24,000 nt of DNA from Eubacterium barkeri (GCF_900107125.1 NZ_FNOU01000016.1:52163-76162), one strand, 5' to 3'; positions 1 through 9,100 are shown, numbered from the stretch's first letter. Translations and numbers: made by a program. The notes: a model not told the origin generated them from the letters alone.

Positions 1-807
1 TCCAATCCCAAGGCCCTTGGTGACTTTGTGGTACTTCGCCATCGCCAGGGGCAGGCCCCGGTATCCCTGCCAGAGACAGGGGCCGTCATTACAGAAAAAA
101 TGGCTGGGGACCTTGGAATAAAGACCGGGGACGAAATCCGGATTTATGCCGATGATACGGAATATACGACGACTGTGTCGGATATTGTGGAAAATTATAT
201 TGAAAACTATGTGTATCTTTCACCAGAGGCCTATGAAAAAGCCACTGGGAAGGCACCGGACTATAATGCGGTGTACTTTAATTTAAAATCCACTGAGACG
301 GCAGATGAGGAAGCCTTTGCATCCCGCTGGCTGTCAGGGGAGGATGTGGCGACGATTTCCAATACGACGAATATTGTGAAAAATTCCAACGATACCATGA
401 GCAGTCTGAATGTGGTGGTTATTGTTATGCTGGTATCCGCAGGGGCCCTGGCTTTTGTGGTGCTGTATAATCTGACCAATATTAACGTATCTGAACGGGT
501 ACGGGAAATTGCGACGATTCGTGTTTTGGGTTTTTATGATCGGGAGGTGGATAATTATATCTTTCGGGAGAATATTGTGCTTTCCCTCATTGGAATGGTC
601 TTTGGGCTGGGCCTGGGGGTGGTGCTCAATGGCTATATTCTCAATACGGTGGAAACCGATGTGGTGATGTTCCCCCGGGGCATCGACCCCACCTCCTATC
701 TCTATGCCTGTCTCTTTACCATGGGCTTTACCCTCATTGTTAACTTTGTCATGCGACCGGTAATTCGCCGGGTGGATATGGTTGAATCCTTGAAGAGTAT
801 TGAGTAG
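1..807 (+). CDS. ABC transporter permease, FtsX/MacB family (C-terminal part; 5' end is upstream of the window)
   Basis: Frame 1 is open from base 1, so the listed GTG at 28 is not the real start. Stop TAG at 805-807. The translation shows the FtsX-type C-terminal module: TM helix VVVIVMLVSAGALAFVVLYN, conserved loop ERVREIATIRVLGF, then two more hydrophobic helices. Confidence 0.85.
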   Translation, partial: SNPKALGDFVVLRHRQGQAPVSLPETGAVITEKMAGDLGIKTGDEIRIYADDTEYTTTVSDIVENYIENYVYLSPEAYEKATGKAPDYNAVYFNLKSTETADEEAFASRWLSGEDVATISNTTNIVKNSNDTMSSLNVVVIVMLVSAGALAFVVLYNLTNINVSERVREIATIRVLGFYDREVDNYIFRENIVLSLIGMVFGLGLGVVLNGYILNTVETDVVMFPRGIDPTSYLYACLFTMGFTLIVNFVMRPVIRRVDMVESLKSIE

Positions 808-808
808 A

Positions 809-842
809 TGGAAAAGGAAAAGGACCGGCATGTGCCGGCCCT
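809..842. terminator. GC-rich hairpin between convergent permease and degV genes; best suited as the degV terminator
   Basis: Stem CCGGC (825-829) pairs with GCCGG (834-838), with a 4-nt loop ATGT. Two more G-C pairs follow after one mismatch (822-823 with 840-841). On the minus strand the stem is followed by TTTTCCTTTTCC (complement of 809-821). On the plus strand only a weak T-rich tail follows. Confidence 0.5.
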
Positions 843-850
843 CTGATTTC

Positions 851-1744
851 TTAAGGCAGAACATTGACGTAATTGTCGGGGAGCTCGGTAAAGAACATGA
901 TGCCCAGGCAGTCCTTACCGATGTGGACGGTCAGGGCGGATCCCGCTCCGGCCTCGGGGATCATAAAGTTTTTAACCCCCATTTCCTTGGAGAGGATTTT
1001 CTGGGCCTTTTCCTGGAGCTCTGGTGCGGTGCTGTTAATCAGTCCGATGATCTGATCCCCATCTGCACGTTGATCGTAGACTAATTCAAAGAGCCGCTTG
1101 AAGGCTTTTTTCTTTCCCCGGACTTTTTCATAGGCCAGAATTCGCCCATCTTCAAAATAGAGGATCGGGACGATTTTGAGCATATCGCCAATGAGGGCGA
1201 CGCTCTTACTAATCCGGCCACCTTTGGCCAGCCATTTAATGTCCCCAACCATAAAGAAAATCTGGATATGATCGGCCAAAAAGGTCATCGAGGAGACAAT
1301 CTCATCAAAGGGCTTGCCCAAACGGTTTAGCTTCAGGCCCTGGTGGAGGATGAGCATGGCGCCGGTGGTGGCACATTTGGAGTCCACCACGGCAATGCGG
1401 CGGTCGGGATAATTGGACAAAAGATGGGAAGCTATTAGGTTTGCCGTTTGGAAGGTACCTGATAAGCCAGAGGATAAGGCTAAATAGATGATATCATCAC
1501 CATTTTTCAGATGGGCTTCAAAGCATTGCTGATAGGTAATGGCTTGGACCTGGGCAGTTTTGGGAAAGGTTTCACCATTATTGCCATCCACGTACTTTAT
1601 GACCATTTCCGGCGTAATATCAACGCCGTCTAAATAAGTTTTATCTCCCATGGTAATGGGAATCGGTAAAATTTCAAAGGGATAACGGGTAAGGATTTCC
1701 GCGCTGACATCGCACATAGAGTCCACAACGAATCGGATGGCCAT
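851..1744 (-). CDS. DegV family fatty-acid-binding protein
   Basis: 297 aa. N-terminus IRFVVDSMCDV and the conserved SSGLSGTFQ motif are typical of DegV/DUF194 proteins. GGAGGAG lies 6 nt upstream of the ATG at 1744. Confidence 0.9.
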   Translation of the reverse strand: MAIRFVVDSMCDVSAEILTRYPFEILPIPITMGDKTYLDGVDITPEMVIKYVDGNNGETFPKTAQVQAITYQQCFEAHLKNGDDIIYLALSSGLSGTFQTANLIASHLLSNYPDRRIAVVDSKCATTGAMLILHQGLKLNRLGKPFDEIVSSMTFLADHIQIFFMVGDIKWLAKGGRISKSVALIGDMLKIVPILYFEDGRILAYEKVRGKKKAFKRLFELVYDQRADGDQIIGLINSTAPELQEKAQKILSKEMGVKNFMIPEAGAGSALTVHIGKDCLGIMFFTELPDNYVNVLP

Positions 1745-1781
1745 AGCGTCTCCTCCTTTTTCTAAATTTAGGTATTAAAAT

Positions 1782-1810
1782 ATTCTATCATGCCCGTTCT
1801 CTTTTGACAA
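1782..1810 (-). promoter_or_regulatory. Candidate sigma-A promoter for degV
   Basis: Minus strand reads TTGTCA (complement of 1805-1810), a 17-nt spacer, then TAGAAT (complement of 1782-1787). TG lies one base upstream of the -10, giving the extended -10 TGATAGAAT. Confidence 0.5.
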
Positions 1811-1858
1811 GAATCTTGCTGAATTAGAATTTACAGATTTCGAGAGGAATGATAGAAT
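1804..1858 (+). promoter_or_regulatory. Candidate promoters for tex
   Basis: TTGACA (1804-1809) sits only 15 nt from TAGAAT (1825-1830), a suboptimal spacer. A second extended -10, TGATAGAAT (1850-1858), would start transcription downstream of the ATG at 1857 and so favours the ATG at 1890 as the tex start. Confidence 0.35.
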
Positions 1859-1889
1859 GAAAGAGGAAATTTTACTAAAAGGAGCAAAA

Positions 1890-4040
1890 ATGGAAGCATT
1901 GATCACACGACTCGCAGAAGAATTTAATATAAAGCCGAAACAAGTAGAGGATACCATCGGCCTCATTGATGGGGGAAATACCATTCCTTTTATTGCCAGA
2001 TATCGGAAGGAAGTAACTGGCAATCTGGACGATGTGCTGCTCCGGGATCTGAACAACCGATTAGAATATCTAAGGAAGCTGGATAAGCGTAAGGAAGAGG
2101 TCTCAGCCAGCATTGTAGAGCAGGAAAAAATGACCCCAGAGCTTTCATCTGCCATTGCTAAGGCGGTCACGCTCCAAGAGGTGGAGGATATCTATCTGCC
2201 CTATAAAAAGAAAAAAAAGACCCGGGCATCCCTGGCGAGGGAGCGGGGACTGACACCCCTGGCCGATATTATTTTAGAGCAGAAGCATACAGAGTCCCAA
2301 ATTAAGGGGATAGCCCAGGATTATGCTGGTCCAGGGGGAGAAGTGCCCGATGTTGACACAGCATTGCAGGGGGCCATGGACATCATCGCGGAGACTCTTT
2401 CCGATACGGCCCAATATCGTCAGGCCATTCGACGTCAGATTCATGAAGGCGGGAAGCTGACCTCGACGGTAACCAGGGATTTTGCCAAAGAAAAAACAGA
2501 GTTTCAGGATTATTATGATCATAGCGAGGCGATTAAAAGTATTGCCGATCATCGGGTGTTGGCCATAAACCGGGGGGAAAAGAAAAAGGTTCTTTCCGTT
2601 CATATTGATGATGGGGGGGACGGGGTACTTGCCAGCTTTAAAAAGGCCGTTCTTCGGCCATCTGCCAGCTCTTATCTCGTTGAGGCGGTGGAGGACAGCT
2701 ATAAGCGTCTGATTTTTCCATCGGTGGAACGGGAGATTCGCAGTGAACTAAAGGATAAGGCCGAGGAAGCGGCTATTCATAATTTTGGCCTTAACCTTAA
2801 GAAACTGCTCCTCCAACCTCCCTTTAAGGATAAAGTGACTATGGGGTACGACCCTGGGTACCGGACGGGCTGTAAGATTGCCGTGCTGGACGCCCTGGGA
2901 ACGGTGAAGGCCACGGCCACCATCTATCCCACGAAACCCCATAATAAAACCATTCAGTCGGAAAAGGTCATTCTGGATCTGATTGATCGCTTTGGGGTGG
3001 ATATCATCGCCATTGGCAACGGAACGGCTTCCCGGGAATCGGAACAATTTATTGCAGCGTGTTTAAAAAAATGTAATCGGCGGGTTCAGTATATTGTGGT
3101 TAACGAGGCTGGGGCCTCGGTGTATTCCGCCTCAGAGCTGGGGGCTGAGGAATACCCGGATTTGGATGTTTCCATTCGCGGGGCCATCTCCATTGGCGGG
3201 CGGCTCCAGGATCCCTTGGCTGAGCTCGTGAAAATCGACCCCAAGCACATCGGTGTGGGGCAGTATCAGCACGATGTCAACCAAAAGGCCCTGGAAAAGG
3301 TGGTGGATGAAACCATTGAGGATGCGGTGAATAATGTGGGGGTGGATATTAACCGGGCCTCCATCGCCTTATTAAAACACGTCTCCGGGGTTAATAAAAC
3401 CATCGCTCGAAACATCATTGATTATCGGGAGGCCAACGGGCGTTTTGAAAGCCGGAAGGAAATTAAGAAGGTGAAGGGGCTGGGGGCCAAGGCTTTTGAG
3501 CAATGTGCTGGGTTTTTGCGTATTGTGGATGGGGCCAATCTTTTGGATAATACCGGGGTTCATCCCGAGTCCTATAAAGCCGCAGAGCAGCTTCTTAAGT
3601 CCCTCTCGGTGACCCCTGCGGATTTGGCTCCCCAAAACCTGCCGGAAACGGTGAAGGTGCTGAGTCGGGTGGATGTTTCGGCCATGGCAGATGAACTGGA
3701 AATCGGTGTGCCGACGTTAAAGGATATTATTAAAGAATTAAAGAAGCCTGGGCGGGATCCCCGGGACTCAGCACCGAAGCCCCATTTAAAGTCCGATGTC
3801 CTCACCATGGATGATTTAGAGGAGGACATGGAACTGGTGGGCACGGTGCGCAACGTCATCGATTTTGGGGCCTTTGTGGATATTGGAGTCCATCAGGATG
3901 GATTGGTGCATATCTCCCAGATCAGCGATCGCTATATTAAGCATCCTTCGGAGGTGCTGTCCATTGGGGATGTGGTCACGGTTCGGGTGATTGCCATTGA
4001 TAAGGCCCGAAAACGTATTGGCCTAACCATGATTATTTAA
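1890..4040 (+). CDS. tex: Tex-family transcription accessory protein (S1 RNA-binding domain protein)
   Basis: N-terminal Tex signature GNTIPFIARYRKEVTG, a YqgF/RuvX-like and HhH middle region, and a C-terminal S1 domain (GTVRNVIDFGAFVDIGVHQDGLVHISQ...VVTVRVIAIDKARKRIGLTM). I prefer the ATG at 1890 because AAGGAG (1879-1884) lies 5 nt upstream. The in-frame ATG at 1857 (ORF track) is the alternative. Confidence 0.92.
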   Translation: MEALITRLAEEFNIKPKQVEDTIGLIDGGNTIPFIARYRKEVTGNLDDVLLRDLNNRLEYLRKLDKRKEEVSASIVEQEKMTPELSSAIAKAVTLQEVEDIYLPYKKKKKTRASLARERGLTPLADIILEQKHTESQIKGIAQDYAGPGGEVPDVDTALQGAMDIIAETLSDTAQYRQAIRRQIHEGGKLTSTVTRDFAKEKTEFQDYYDHSEAIKSIADHRVLAINRGEKKKVLSVHIDDGGDGVLASFKKAVLRPSASSYLVEAVEDSYKRLIFPSVEREIRSELKDKAEEAAIHNFGLNLKKLLLQPPFKDKVTMGYDPGYRTGCKIAVLDALGTVKATATIYPTKPHNKTIQSEKVILDLIDRFGVDIIAIGNGTASRESEQFIAACLKKCNRRVQYIVVNEAGASVYSASELGAEEYPDLDVSIRGAISIGGRLQDPLAELVKIDPKHIGVGQYQHDVNQKALEKVVDETIEDAVNNVGVDINRASIALLKHVSGVNKTIARNIIDYREANGRFESRKEIKKVKGLGAKAFEQCAGFLRIVDGANLLDNTGVHPESYKAAEQLLKSLSVTPADLAPQNLPETVKVLSRVDVSAMADELEIGVPTLKDIIKELKKPGRDPRDSAPKPHLKSDVLTMDDLEEDMELVGTVRNVIDFGAFVDIGVHQDGLVHISQISDRYIKHPSEVLSIGDVVTVRVIAIDKARKRIGLTMII

Positions 4041-4079
4041 AATAATTTCAATAAATTAGACAAAAAAGGGCTTTAGCCA

Positions 4080-4136
4080 TTGACAAAAAAAGATTATTTT
4101 TATATAATTTAAAATTCATCTTTTTTATGCTATAAT
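4080..4136 (+). promoter_or_regulatory. Tandem sigma-A promoters upstream of the carD-family gene
   Basis: Perfect consensus: TTGACA (4080-4085), 17-nt spacer, TATAAT (4103-4108). A second extended -10, TGCTATAAT, lies at 4128-4136. Confidence 0.6.
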
Positions 4137-4164
4137 ATAAGAGTGTAAAGGGGTGAGGTTATAA

Positions 4165-4644
4165 ATGTATGATATTGGGGATAAAATCGTGTATCCCATG
4201 CACGGAGCTGGCGTCGTAAAGGCTATTGAAGAAAAAGAGCTTTTTGATGAGTGCCAATGGTATTATTTAATGGAAATCGTATCGGAGGGGATGGAAATCC
4301 TGATTCCGGTGGATAAAGCGGACGAAATCGGGGTGCGGCCCATCGTTTCCCTGGAGAGAATTAACATCATGCTGTCTGCCTTAGAAGGCCCCATGGATGA
4401 GATGCTCTCCAATTGGACCAAGCGTTATCAGAACAACTTGGAACTACTCAAAAAAGGTGATTTGATCGATGTTGCCCATGTGGTCAGGAACCTGACCTTG
4501 ATGGATCGGAAAAAGGGCCTGTCCAGCGGTGAAAAGAAGATGCTGGTGACGGCTAAGAACTTCCTGGTCAGTGAAATGGTTGTTGTTTGTGGAAAAACAA
4601 AAAAAGAAGCCGACAGCGTCATCGAAGATCGGATAAATGCGTAA
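4165..4644 (+). CDS. carD: CarD/CdnL-family RNA-polymerase-binding transcriptional regulator
   Basis: 159 aa. The N-terminal Tudor-like motif GDKIVYPMHGAGVV is characteristic of the CarD_CdnL_TRCF domain. RBS GGGGTGAGG lies upstream of the ATG at 4165. Confidence 0.88.
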   Translation: MYDIGDKIVYPMHGAGVVKAIEEKELFDECQWYYLMEIVSEGMEILIPVDKADEIGVRPIVSLERINIMLSALEGPMDEMLSNWTKRYQNNLELLKKGDLIDVAHVVRNLTLMDRKKGLSSGEKKMLVTAKNFLVSEMVVVCGKTKKEADSVIEDRINA

Positions 4645-4649
4645 AAGGA

Positions 4650-4676
4650 CTGTCACCTGCGGGTGGCAGTTTTTTG
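4650..4676 (+). terminator. Rho-independent terminator after carD
   Basis: 8-bp stem CTGTCACC (4650-4657) pairing with GGTGGCAG (4662-4669), including one G-U pair. Loop TGCG, followed by TTTTTT (4670-4675). Confidence 0.75.
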
Positions 4677-4718
4677 AATCTGAAATTAATAAAAAATTAG
4701 GTATAGCATGGCTATAAA

Positions 4719-4727
4719 TGATATAAT
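4719..4727 (+). promoter_or_regulatory. Extended -10 promoter element for yacL
   Basis: TGATATAAT at 4719-4727. Its position makes the ATG at 4731 an unlikely translation start. Confidence 0.45.
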
Positions 4728-4757
4728 ATTATGAATTATATTTTGAAAGGAGGTGAG

Positions 4758-5867
4758 ATGATGTTAAAGAAGGTAATTCGTTGGTTTGTAACACTGCTGG
4801 GTTTCATCGCAGGATTAGCCACAGCCAATATATTGGTCAATAGCTCTTTGCTGACGAATCTATTGGGAATTGGCATGACCCAGAAAATCGAGCTGGGGTT
4901 GTATATCTTCCTGATTCTTTTATTTGGTATTATTTTTTATTTTTTATTTCCCTTGATTTTAAGCGGTGTCCAACGGTTGTCCACATTGGTTGAAAAAAGC
5001 ATGGAGGATGTCCGTCTGGCCGACGTGGCTTTAGGATGTCTGGGGCTTATTATCGGACTGGTCATCGCCATGCTCATTAGCTTTGCTTTTTCCCAGATCC
5101 CCATTCCCTGGGTGAGCAGCCTGCTCTCTGCCATTATTTACATTGCTTTAGGCTATATTGGATTTACCATTCCCATTAAAAAGCGGGATGAGATTTTAAA
5201 TGCCATCCAGGCTGGAAAACGCGATCGGGAGATGGTGGCTTCTAATAAAAAGATGTCAAAGAAAAAAGTGCAGACCGGTTTAAAAATATTGGATACCAGT
5301 GTCATCATCGATGGTCGGATTTACGATATCTGCAAAACCGGATTTTTAGAGGGAACCCTTATCGTTCCGGTGTTCGTCCTCAATGAGCTTCAGCTGATTG
5401 CGGATTCCGGGGACGATTTAAAACGGACTCGGGGCCGTCGGGGCTTGGATATCATCAAAAAAATGCAAACGGATTTGGATGGGATTATCGCTATTTCCGA
5501 AGAAGATTATGAGGATTTGGCGGAGGTCGATGCCAAGCTGGTGCGTATGGCCAAGGAGAAAAAGCAGAAAATCGTCACCAATGACTATAACCTTAACAAG
5601 GTTGCCAGCGTCCAGGGCATTGAGGTGCTGAACATCAATGAATTAGCCGGCGCGGTTAAGCCCGTGGTGCTCCCTGGGGAAGAAATGAAGGTCCTTCCGG
5701 TGAAAAATGGAAAGGAAAACGGTCAGGCGGTGGCCTATTTGGATGATGGGACCATGATCGTCGTTGAAAATGGCCGTCGTTACATCGGGGAGAACATTAC
5801 CGTTATGGTGACGAGTATTTTACAGACGGCTGCGGGCCGAATGATCTTTGCCAAGCCACGGCGATAG
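4758..5867 (+). CDS. yacL: PIN/TRAM domain membrane protein (YacL family)
   Basis: About four N-terminal TM helices, a PIN domain (ILDTSVIIDGRI ... VTNDYNLNKVA) and a C-terminal TRAM-like segment (ENITVMVTSILQTAAGRMIFAKP). AGGAGG (4748-4753) precedes the ATGs at 4758 and 4761. The ORF-track start at 4731 lies next to the -10 box. Confidence 0.87.
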   Translation: MMLKKVIRWFVTLLGFIAGLATANILVNSSLLTNLLGIGMTQKIELGLYIFLILLFGIIFYFLFPLILSGVQRLSTLVEKSMEDVRLADVALGCLGLIIGLVIAMLISFAFSQIPIPWVSSLLSAIIYIALGYIGFTIPIKKRDEILNAIQAGKRDREMVASNKKMSKKKVQTGLKILDTSVIIDGRIYDICKTGFLEGTLIVPVFVLNELQLIADSGDDLKRTRGRRGLDIIKKMQTDLDGIIAISEEDYEDLAEVDAKLVRMAKEKKQKIVTNDYNLNKVASVQGIEVLNINELAGAVKPVVLPGEEMKVLPVKNGKENGQAVAYLDDGTMIVVENGRRYIGENITVMVTSILQTAAGRMIFAKPRR

Positions 5868-5877
5868 AAGGAGAGAC

Positions 5878-7278
5878 ATGGAAGAGACACAGCTGCCAGA
5901 GGGCTTTTTAACCCGGATGTCCGGGCTGATGACATCAGAGGAATACGAGGCATTGCTTCAGTCCTATACGAAGCCGAAGTATAAAGGAATCCGGACCAAT
6001 ACCCTTAAGTGTACCCCGGCGGAAATGGCCGTCCGGGTGCCCTTTGACCTGGAGCCGGTTCCCTGGTGCCCCACCGGGCATTATATTGAAGAAGGGATAC
6101 GACCAGGGAAGAATCCGGCTTATTACGCGGGCCTGTACTATGTTCAGGAGCCCACCGCCATGACACCGGCAGAGGCCCTAAGCCCGGAGCCCGGGGATTG
6201 GGTACTGGATTTGTGTGCGGCACCTGGGGGCAAGACCACCCAGCTGGCCTGTAAGCTTTCCGGGGAGGGGCTGCTGGTGGCCAATGAAATTGTCGTGGGG
6301 CGGGCGGGGATTCTCGCCAGTAATGCCGAGCGCATGGGAATCACCAATTTAATGATCCTCAATGAATTTCCCGAGCGTCTGGTCGAAAATTTTTATGAAG
6401 CCTTTGATAAAATTTTAGTGGACGCCCCCTGCTCTGGAGAAGGCATGTTTCGAAAGGAGCCTGAAGCCCTTTCGGGATGGAGTTCTGAGCGGGTTGAGCA
6501 TTGTGCCAGACGTCAGGAAAAAATATTGGAATCCGTGGACAAGCTGCTAAAGCCTGGGGGTGTGTTGGTCTATTCAACCTGTACCTTTGCACCCGAGGAA
6601 AATGAGTGCATCGTGGAGAAGCTGCTGGCCACGGGGAACTACCGAACGGAACCTCTGGCTATGGAAGGTTTGAGCGACCGGGGGCGCCCGGCTTGGACCG
6701 AAAAGCAAACGGCCGCAGTGGCCGATACCCTGCGCATTATGCCCTATCATGTTAAGGGAGAGGGGCATTATGTCGCCCGTCTGCGCAAAGTGGGACAGAC
6801 ATCGGAGGCTTCGGGCTCTGGCCGGCGAAGGGCCAAAGGGAAGCTAAAAAAAATGGGGAAGCGGGACTTAGTGGATTATGAGGCCTTTGCCAGGGAATAT
6901 TTAGTCGGGCGAACCTTTGATCGCTTGTATGGTTTTGGTGAAAAGCTGTACAGCCTGCCCCAGGGGATGACAGATGAGCAGATCGCGGGTCTGCGGGTTT
7001 TACGGCCCGGCCTCCACTTAGGGGATTTTAAAAAGAACCGCTTTGAGCCCTCCCACACCCTGGCCATGGCTCTGAAGCCAGAGCAGTATGCCCAGGTCCA
7101 TGAGGTGGCTAGTGATGATGAAGCTTACGCCTACTTAAAGGGCGAACCCCTGATGAGTAAGGGCACTAAGGGATGGACCCTGGTGTGCTGGCGGGGGTAT
7201 CCCCTGGGATTTGGAAAGGCTAGTCAGGGAATCATAAAAAACCACTACCCCAAAGGGCTGCGGATTAAAAAGAAATAA
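5878..7278 (+). CDS. rsmF: 16S rRNA (cytosine-C5)-methyltransferase, NOL1/NOP2/Sun family, RsmF-like
   Basis: SAM motif VLDLCAAPGGKT, catalytic motifs ILVDAPCSGEGMFRK and VYSTCTF, and a C-terminal PUA-like extension. GAAGGAGAG precedes the ATG at 5878. The ORF-track start at 5848 would overlap yacL. Confidence 0.87.
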   Translation: MEETQLPEGFLTRMSGLMTSEEYEALLQSYTKPKYKGIRTNTLKCTPAEMAVRVPFDLEPVPWCPTGHYIEEGIRPGKNPAYYAGLYYVQEPTAMTPAEALSPEPGDWVLDLCAAPGGKTTQLACKLSGEGLLVANEIVVGRAGILASNAERMGITNLMILNEFPERLVENFYEAFDKILVDAPCSGEGMFRKEPEALSGWSSERVEHCARRQEKILESVDKLLKPGGVLVYSTCTFAPEENECIVEKLLATGNYRTEPLAMEGLSDRGRPAWTEKQTAAVADTLRIMPYHVKGEGHYVARLRKVGQTSEASGSGRRRAKGKLKKMGKRDLVDYEAFAREYLVGRTFDRLYGFGEKLYSLPQGMTDEQIAGLRVLRPGLHLGDFKKNRFEPSHTLAMALKPEQYAQVHEVASDDEAYAYLKGEPLMSKGTKGWTLVCWRGYPLGFGKASQGIIKNHYPKGLRIKKK

Positions 7279-7286
7279 AATACATG

Positions 7287-7317
7287 ACGAGTCGCCCCAT
7301 GGGTCGGCTCGTTTTTG
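7287..7317 (+). terminator. Rho-independent terminator after rsmF
   Basis: Hairpin ACGAGTCG..CC / GG..CGGCTCGT spanning 7287-7312: 10 pairs with one G-U and one mismatch, loop CATG. TTTTT follows at 7312-7316. Confidence 0.7.
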
Positions 7318-7338
7318 TGATGTGTGTCGGCGTAAAAT

Positions 7339-7347
7339 GTGCTATAA
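7339..7347 (+). promoter_or_regulatory. Extended -10 promoter element for the kinase-regulator-kinase operon
   Basis: TGCTATAAT at 7339-7347, about 50 nt upstream of the first kinase gene. No good -35 is present. Confidence 0.45.
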
Positions 7348-7397
7348 TATTTTAAATTAGGAGAGTATTACAAGGATACAAAAGGGAGTGATTGGGA

Positions 7398-8258
7398 ATG
7401 TGGGGTATCGTTCTGCTAGGAAATATCTTTGCTTATGGGATGTGTGCGGGGTATATGAATGCAGGAATGACACCGCGTCTGGGCAAGAAGGCAACGGGTA
7501 TTATGTGGCTGTTTTGGGCAATAGGGACCTTTTTGATTGGCCAGAGTGAGGAATTGACAGTATACCGAGGCGCGGCGAATCTTTTGTCCATTCTTTTAAT
7601 GGGTCTGATCTTTTATAAGGGCCGATCATTTTTAGGACGGATTATCTTTGTCGTCAAAATATTCTTAGTGCTTCTTTCTTTTGATGCCATCGTTTTTGGG
7701 GCCTTTTGGCTAACGGGCTGGGAAGCACCGGCAGGTGCTGCGCGTAATATTCGATACTATTTTTATAGTGTATCACTTATTTTGCTAGTCCTTTGTACCT
7801 ACCGGTTCTTTAAACCCTTTGTTGTGGGAACCAATCGGGAGAAGGGTCCTTTGTTCGATTTGATTTTAATATTGGCCTGTGTCGTTGAAGGGATGCCCAT
7901 TCTTTGGATGGATGACTACGTTCATTCGATTAATCCCAATGGGGACGGTTATATTATAGTCTATTTAATACTTATTTTAATCTTTGATGGGGCACTGATC
8001 TATGTGTTTCGGCGGATCAAACGGCAATATCGGCAAGAACAAGATTTAATGCTCCTTAAGCAGCATCAAGACTATCAACAGAATTATTACAAAGCCGTAG
8101 AGGCCCAATACCAACGTTCCAGGGAATTCGTACACGATATGCAAAATCATGTGATGATTCTATCCAGGCTTTATGCCCAGGACGAGGTTGAGCGAGCCCG
8201 GCGTTATGGGGAGTCAGTGCTTCAAAAAATTCCAGAAGCACCCAATGAGCGTCATTAA
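7398..8258 (+). CDS. AgrC/HPK10-type sensor histidine kinase lacking the ATPase domain (membrane sensor plus His-box only)
   Basis: About 6 hydrophobic helices, then a coiled-coil with the H-box REFVHDMQNHVMIL (His codon CAC at 8133-8135). The ORF stops 40 aa later and no N/G boxes follow. GGGAG (7384-7388) lies 9 nt before the ATG at 7398. The ORF-track TTG at 7392 is too close to the RBS. Confidence 0.7.
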   Translation: MWGIVLLGNIFAYGMCAGYMNAGMTPRLGKKATGIMWLFWAIGTFLIGQSEELTVYRGAANLLSILLMGLIFYKGRSFLGRIIFVVKIFLVLLSFDAIVFGAFWLTGWEAPAGAARNIRYYFYSVSLILLVLCTYRFFKPFVVGTNREKGPLFDLILILACVVEGMPILWMDDYVHSINPNGDGYIIVYLILILIFDGALIYVFRRIKRQYRQEQDLMLLKQHQDYQQNYYKAVEAQYQRSREFVHDMQNHVMILSRLYAQDEVERARRYGESVLQKIPEAPNERH

Positions 8259-8287
8259 TTGAGAATAAATACAATACTTTGGAAAAG

Positions 8288-8311
8288 AAAGCATAAGGAA
8301 AAGCATAAGGA
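8288..8311 (+). repeat. Perfect 12-nt tandem duplication AAAGCATAAGGA x2 covering the Shine-Dalgarno region of the LytTR regulator
   Basis: Positions 8288-8299 and 8300-8311 are identical when read base by base. The second copy supplies AAGGAG 8 nt before the ATG at 8320. Confidence 0.9.
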
Positions 8312-8319
8312 GAAATGAT

Positions 8320-9030
8320 ATGTTGACCATTGGTATTTGTGATGACCAGGTGGAAATCATCGATGATCTTGTGGAGCGATTAGAAAATTGGGCAGCGATC
8401 CAGGGCATCCCCCTACAAGTGAGGACCTACACCCGGGGATTGGATTTGTTAGAGGATTATCAAGGGATTGATCTGCTGTTCCTTGATATGAAAATGCCCG
8501 GAGGGGATGGAGGACCCATTGCCCGGGAAATTAAAAGGGAGGACCCCCTTCTGCCCATTGTGTTTATTACGGCTTTTACCCAATACATGCGAATGGCCTT
8601 AGATATCCATGCCTTTGGTTTTCTGGATAAGCCCATTGCCCAAAAGGCCATTGATGACATGATGTCGGACTTTTTACACTATCAGGGGGCTCAAGGGGGG
8701 GAAGCATTGCCTTTTAAAACCAAGGATGGCCTGAGGATGATTTATCCAAAAGACATCCTTTATTTTGAACGTCAGCACCGGGCCATCTATCTGGTTATGT
8801 CAGCAGAACGGTTTTGGATTAATATCCCCACATTATCGGCTGTCATGGATCAGATGGCGGACCATGGCTTCTATCAGATCCACCGAAGCTATATTATATC
8901 CTTAAAGCATATTGTCCGCATTCAGCGGGAGACCGTTCTTCTGGAGAACGGGACGTCTCTCCCTCTGGCAAAGGGCCGGGCCGCTGAATTCAGACAGGTC
9001 TATATGGGACAGATGGAGAAGGGATGGTAA
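8320..9030 (+). CDS. LytTR-family (AgrA/ComE-like) response regulator
   Basis: Receiver domain with acidic pair DD (res 8-9), phospho-acceptor Asp in LLFLDMKMPG and Lys in GFLDKP. C-terminal LytTR domain (ILYFERQHRAIYLV ... FYQIHRSYIISLKHI). Confidence 0.9.
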   Translation: MLTIGICDDQVEIIDDLVERLENWAAIQGIPLQVRTYTRGLDLLEDYQGIDLLFLDMKMPGGDGGPIAREIKREDPLLPIVFITAFTQYMRMALDIHAFGFLDKPIAQKAIDDMMSDFLHYQGAQGGEALPFKTKDGLRMIYPKDILYFERQHRAIYLVMSAERFWINIPTLSAVMDQMADHGFYQIHRSYIISLKHIVRIQRETVLLENGTSLPLAKGRAAEFRQVYMGQMEKGW

Positions 9031-9100
9031 GCATTAGAAGGCTTCCAGAAATATGCGCAATCCGTGGTAGCATCCATGGAGATCATTGTAGGAGGGAGAA

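Noticed and set aside
334-864. 176-aa His/Asn-rich ORF antisense to the FtsX permease gene
   Set aside because: It overlaps a confidently recognised gene entirely. It has low-complexity composition, no RBS, and runs through the terminator hairpin, so it is a typical shadow ORF.
2205-2220. A-rich run AAAAAGAAAAAAAAGA inside tex as a potential programmed slippage or phase-variation site
   Set aside because: It encodes the in-frame KKKKK stretch of an intact full-length Tex protein. No alternative-frame product of any length follows.
4731-4757. Upstream ATG at 4731 as the yacL start (ORF-track coordinate)
   Set aside because: It lies 4 nt after the TGATATAAT -10 element and has no RBS. The ATGs at 4758/4761 follow AGGAGG.
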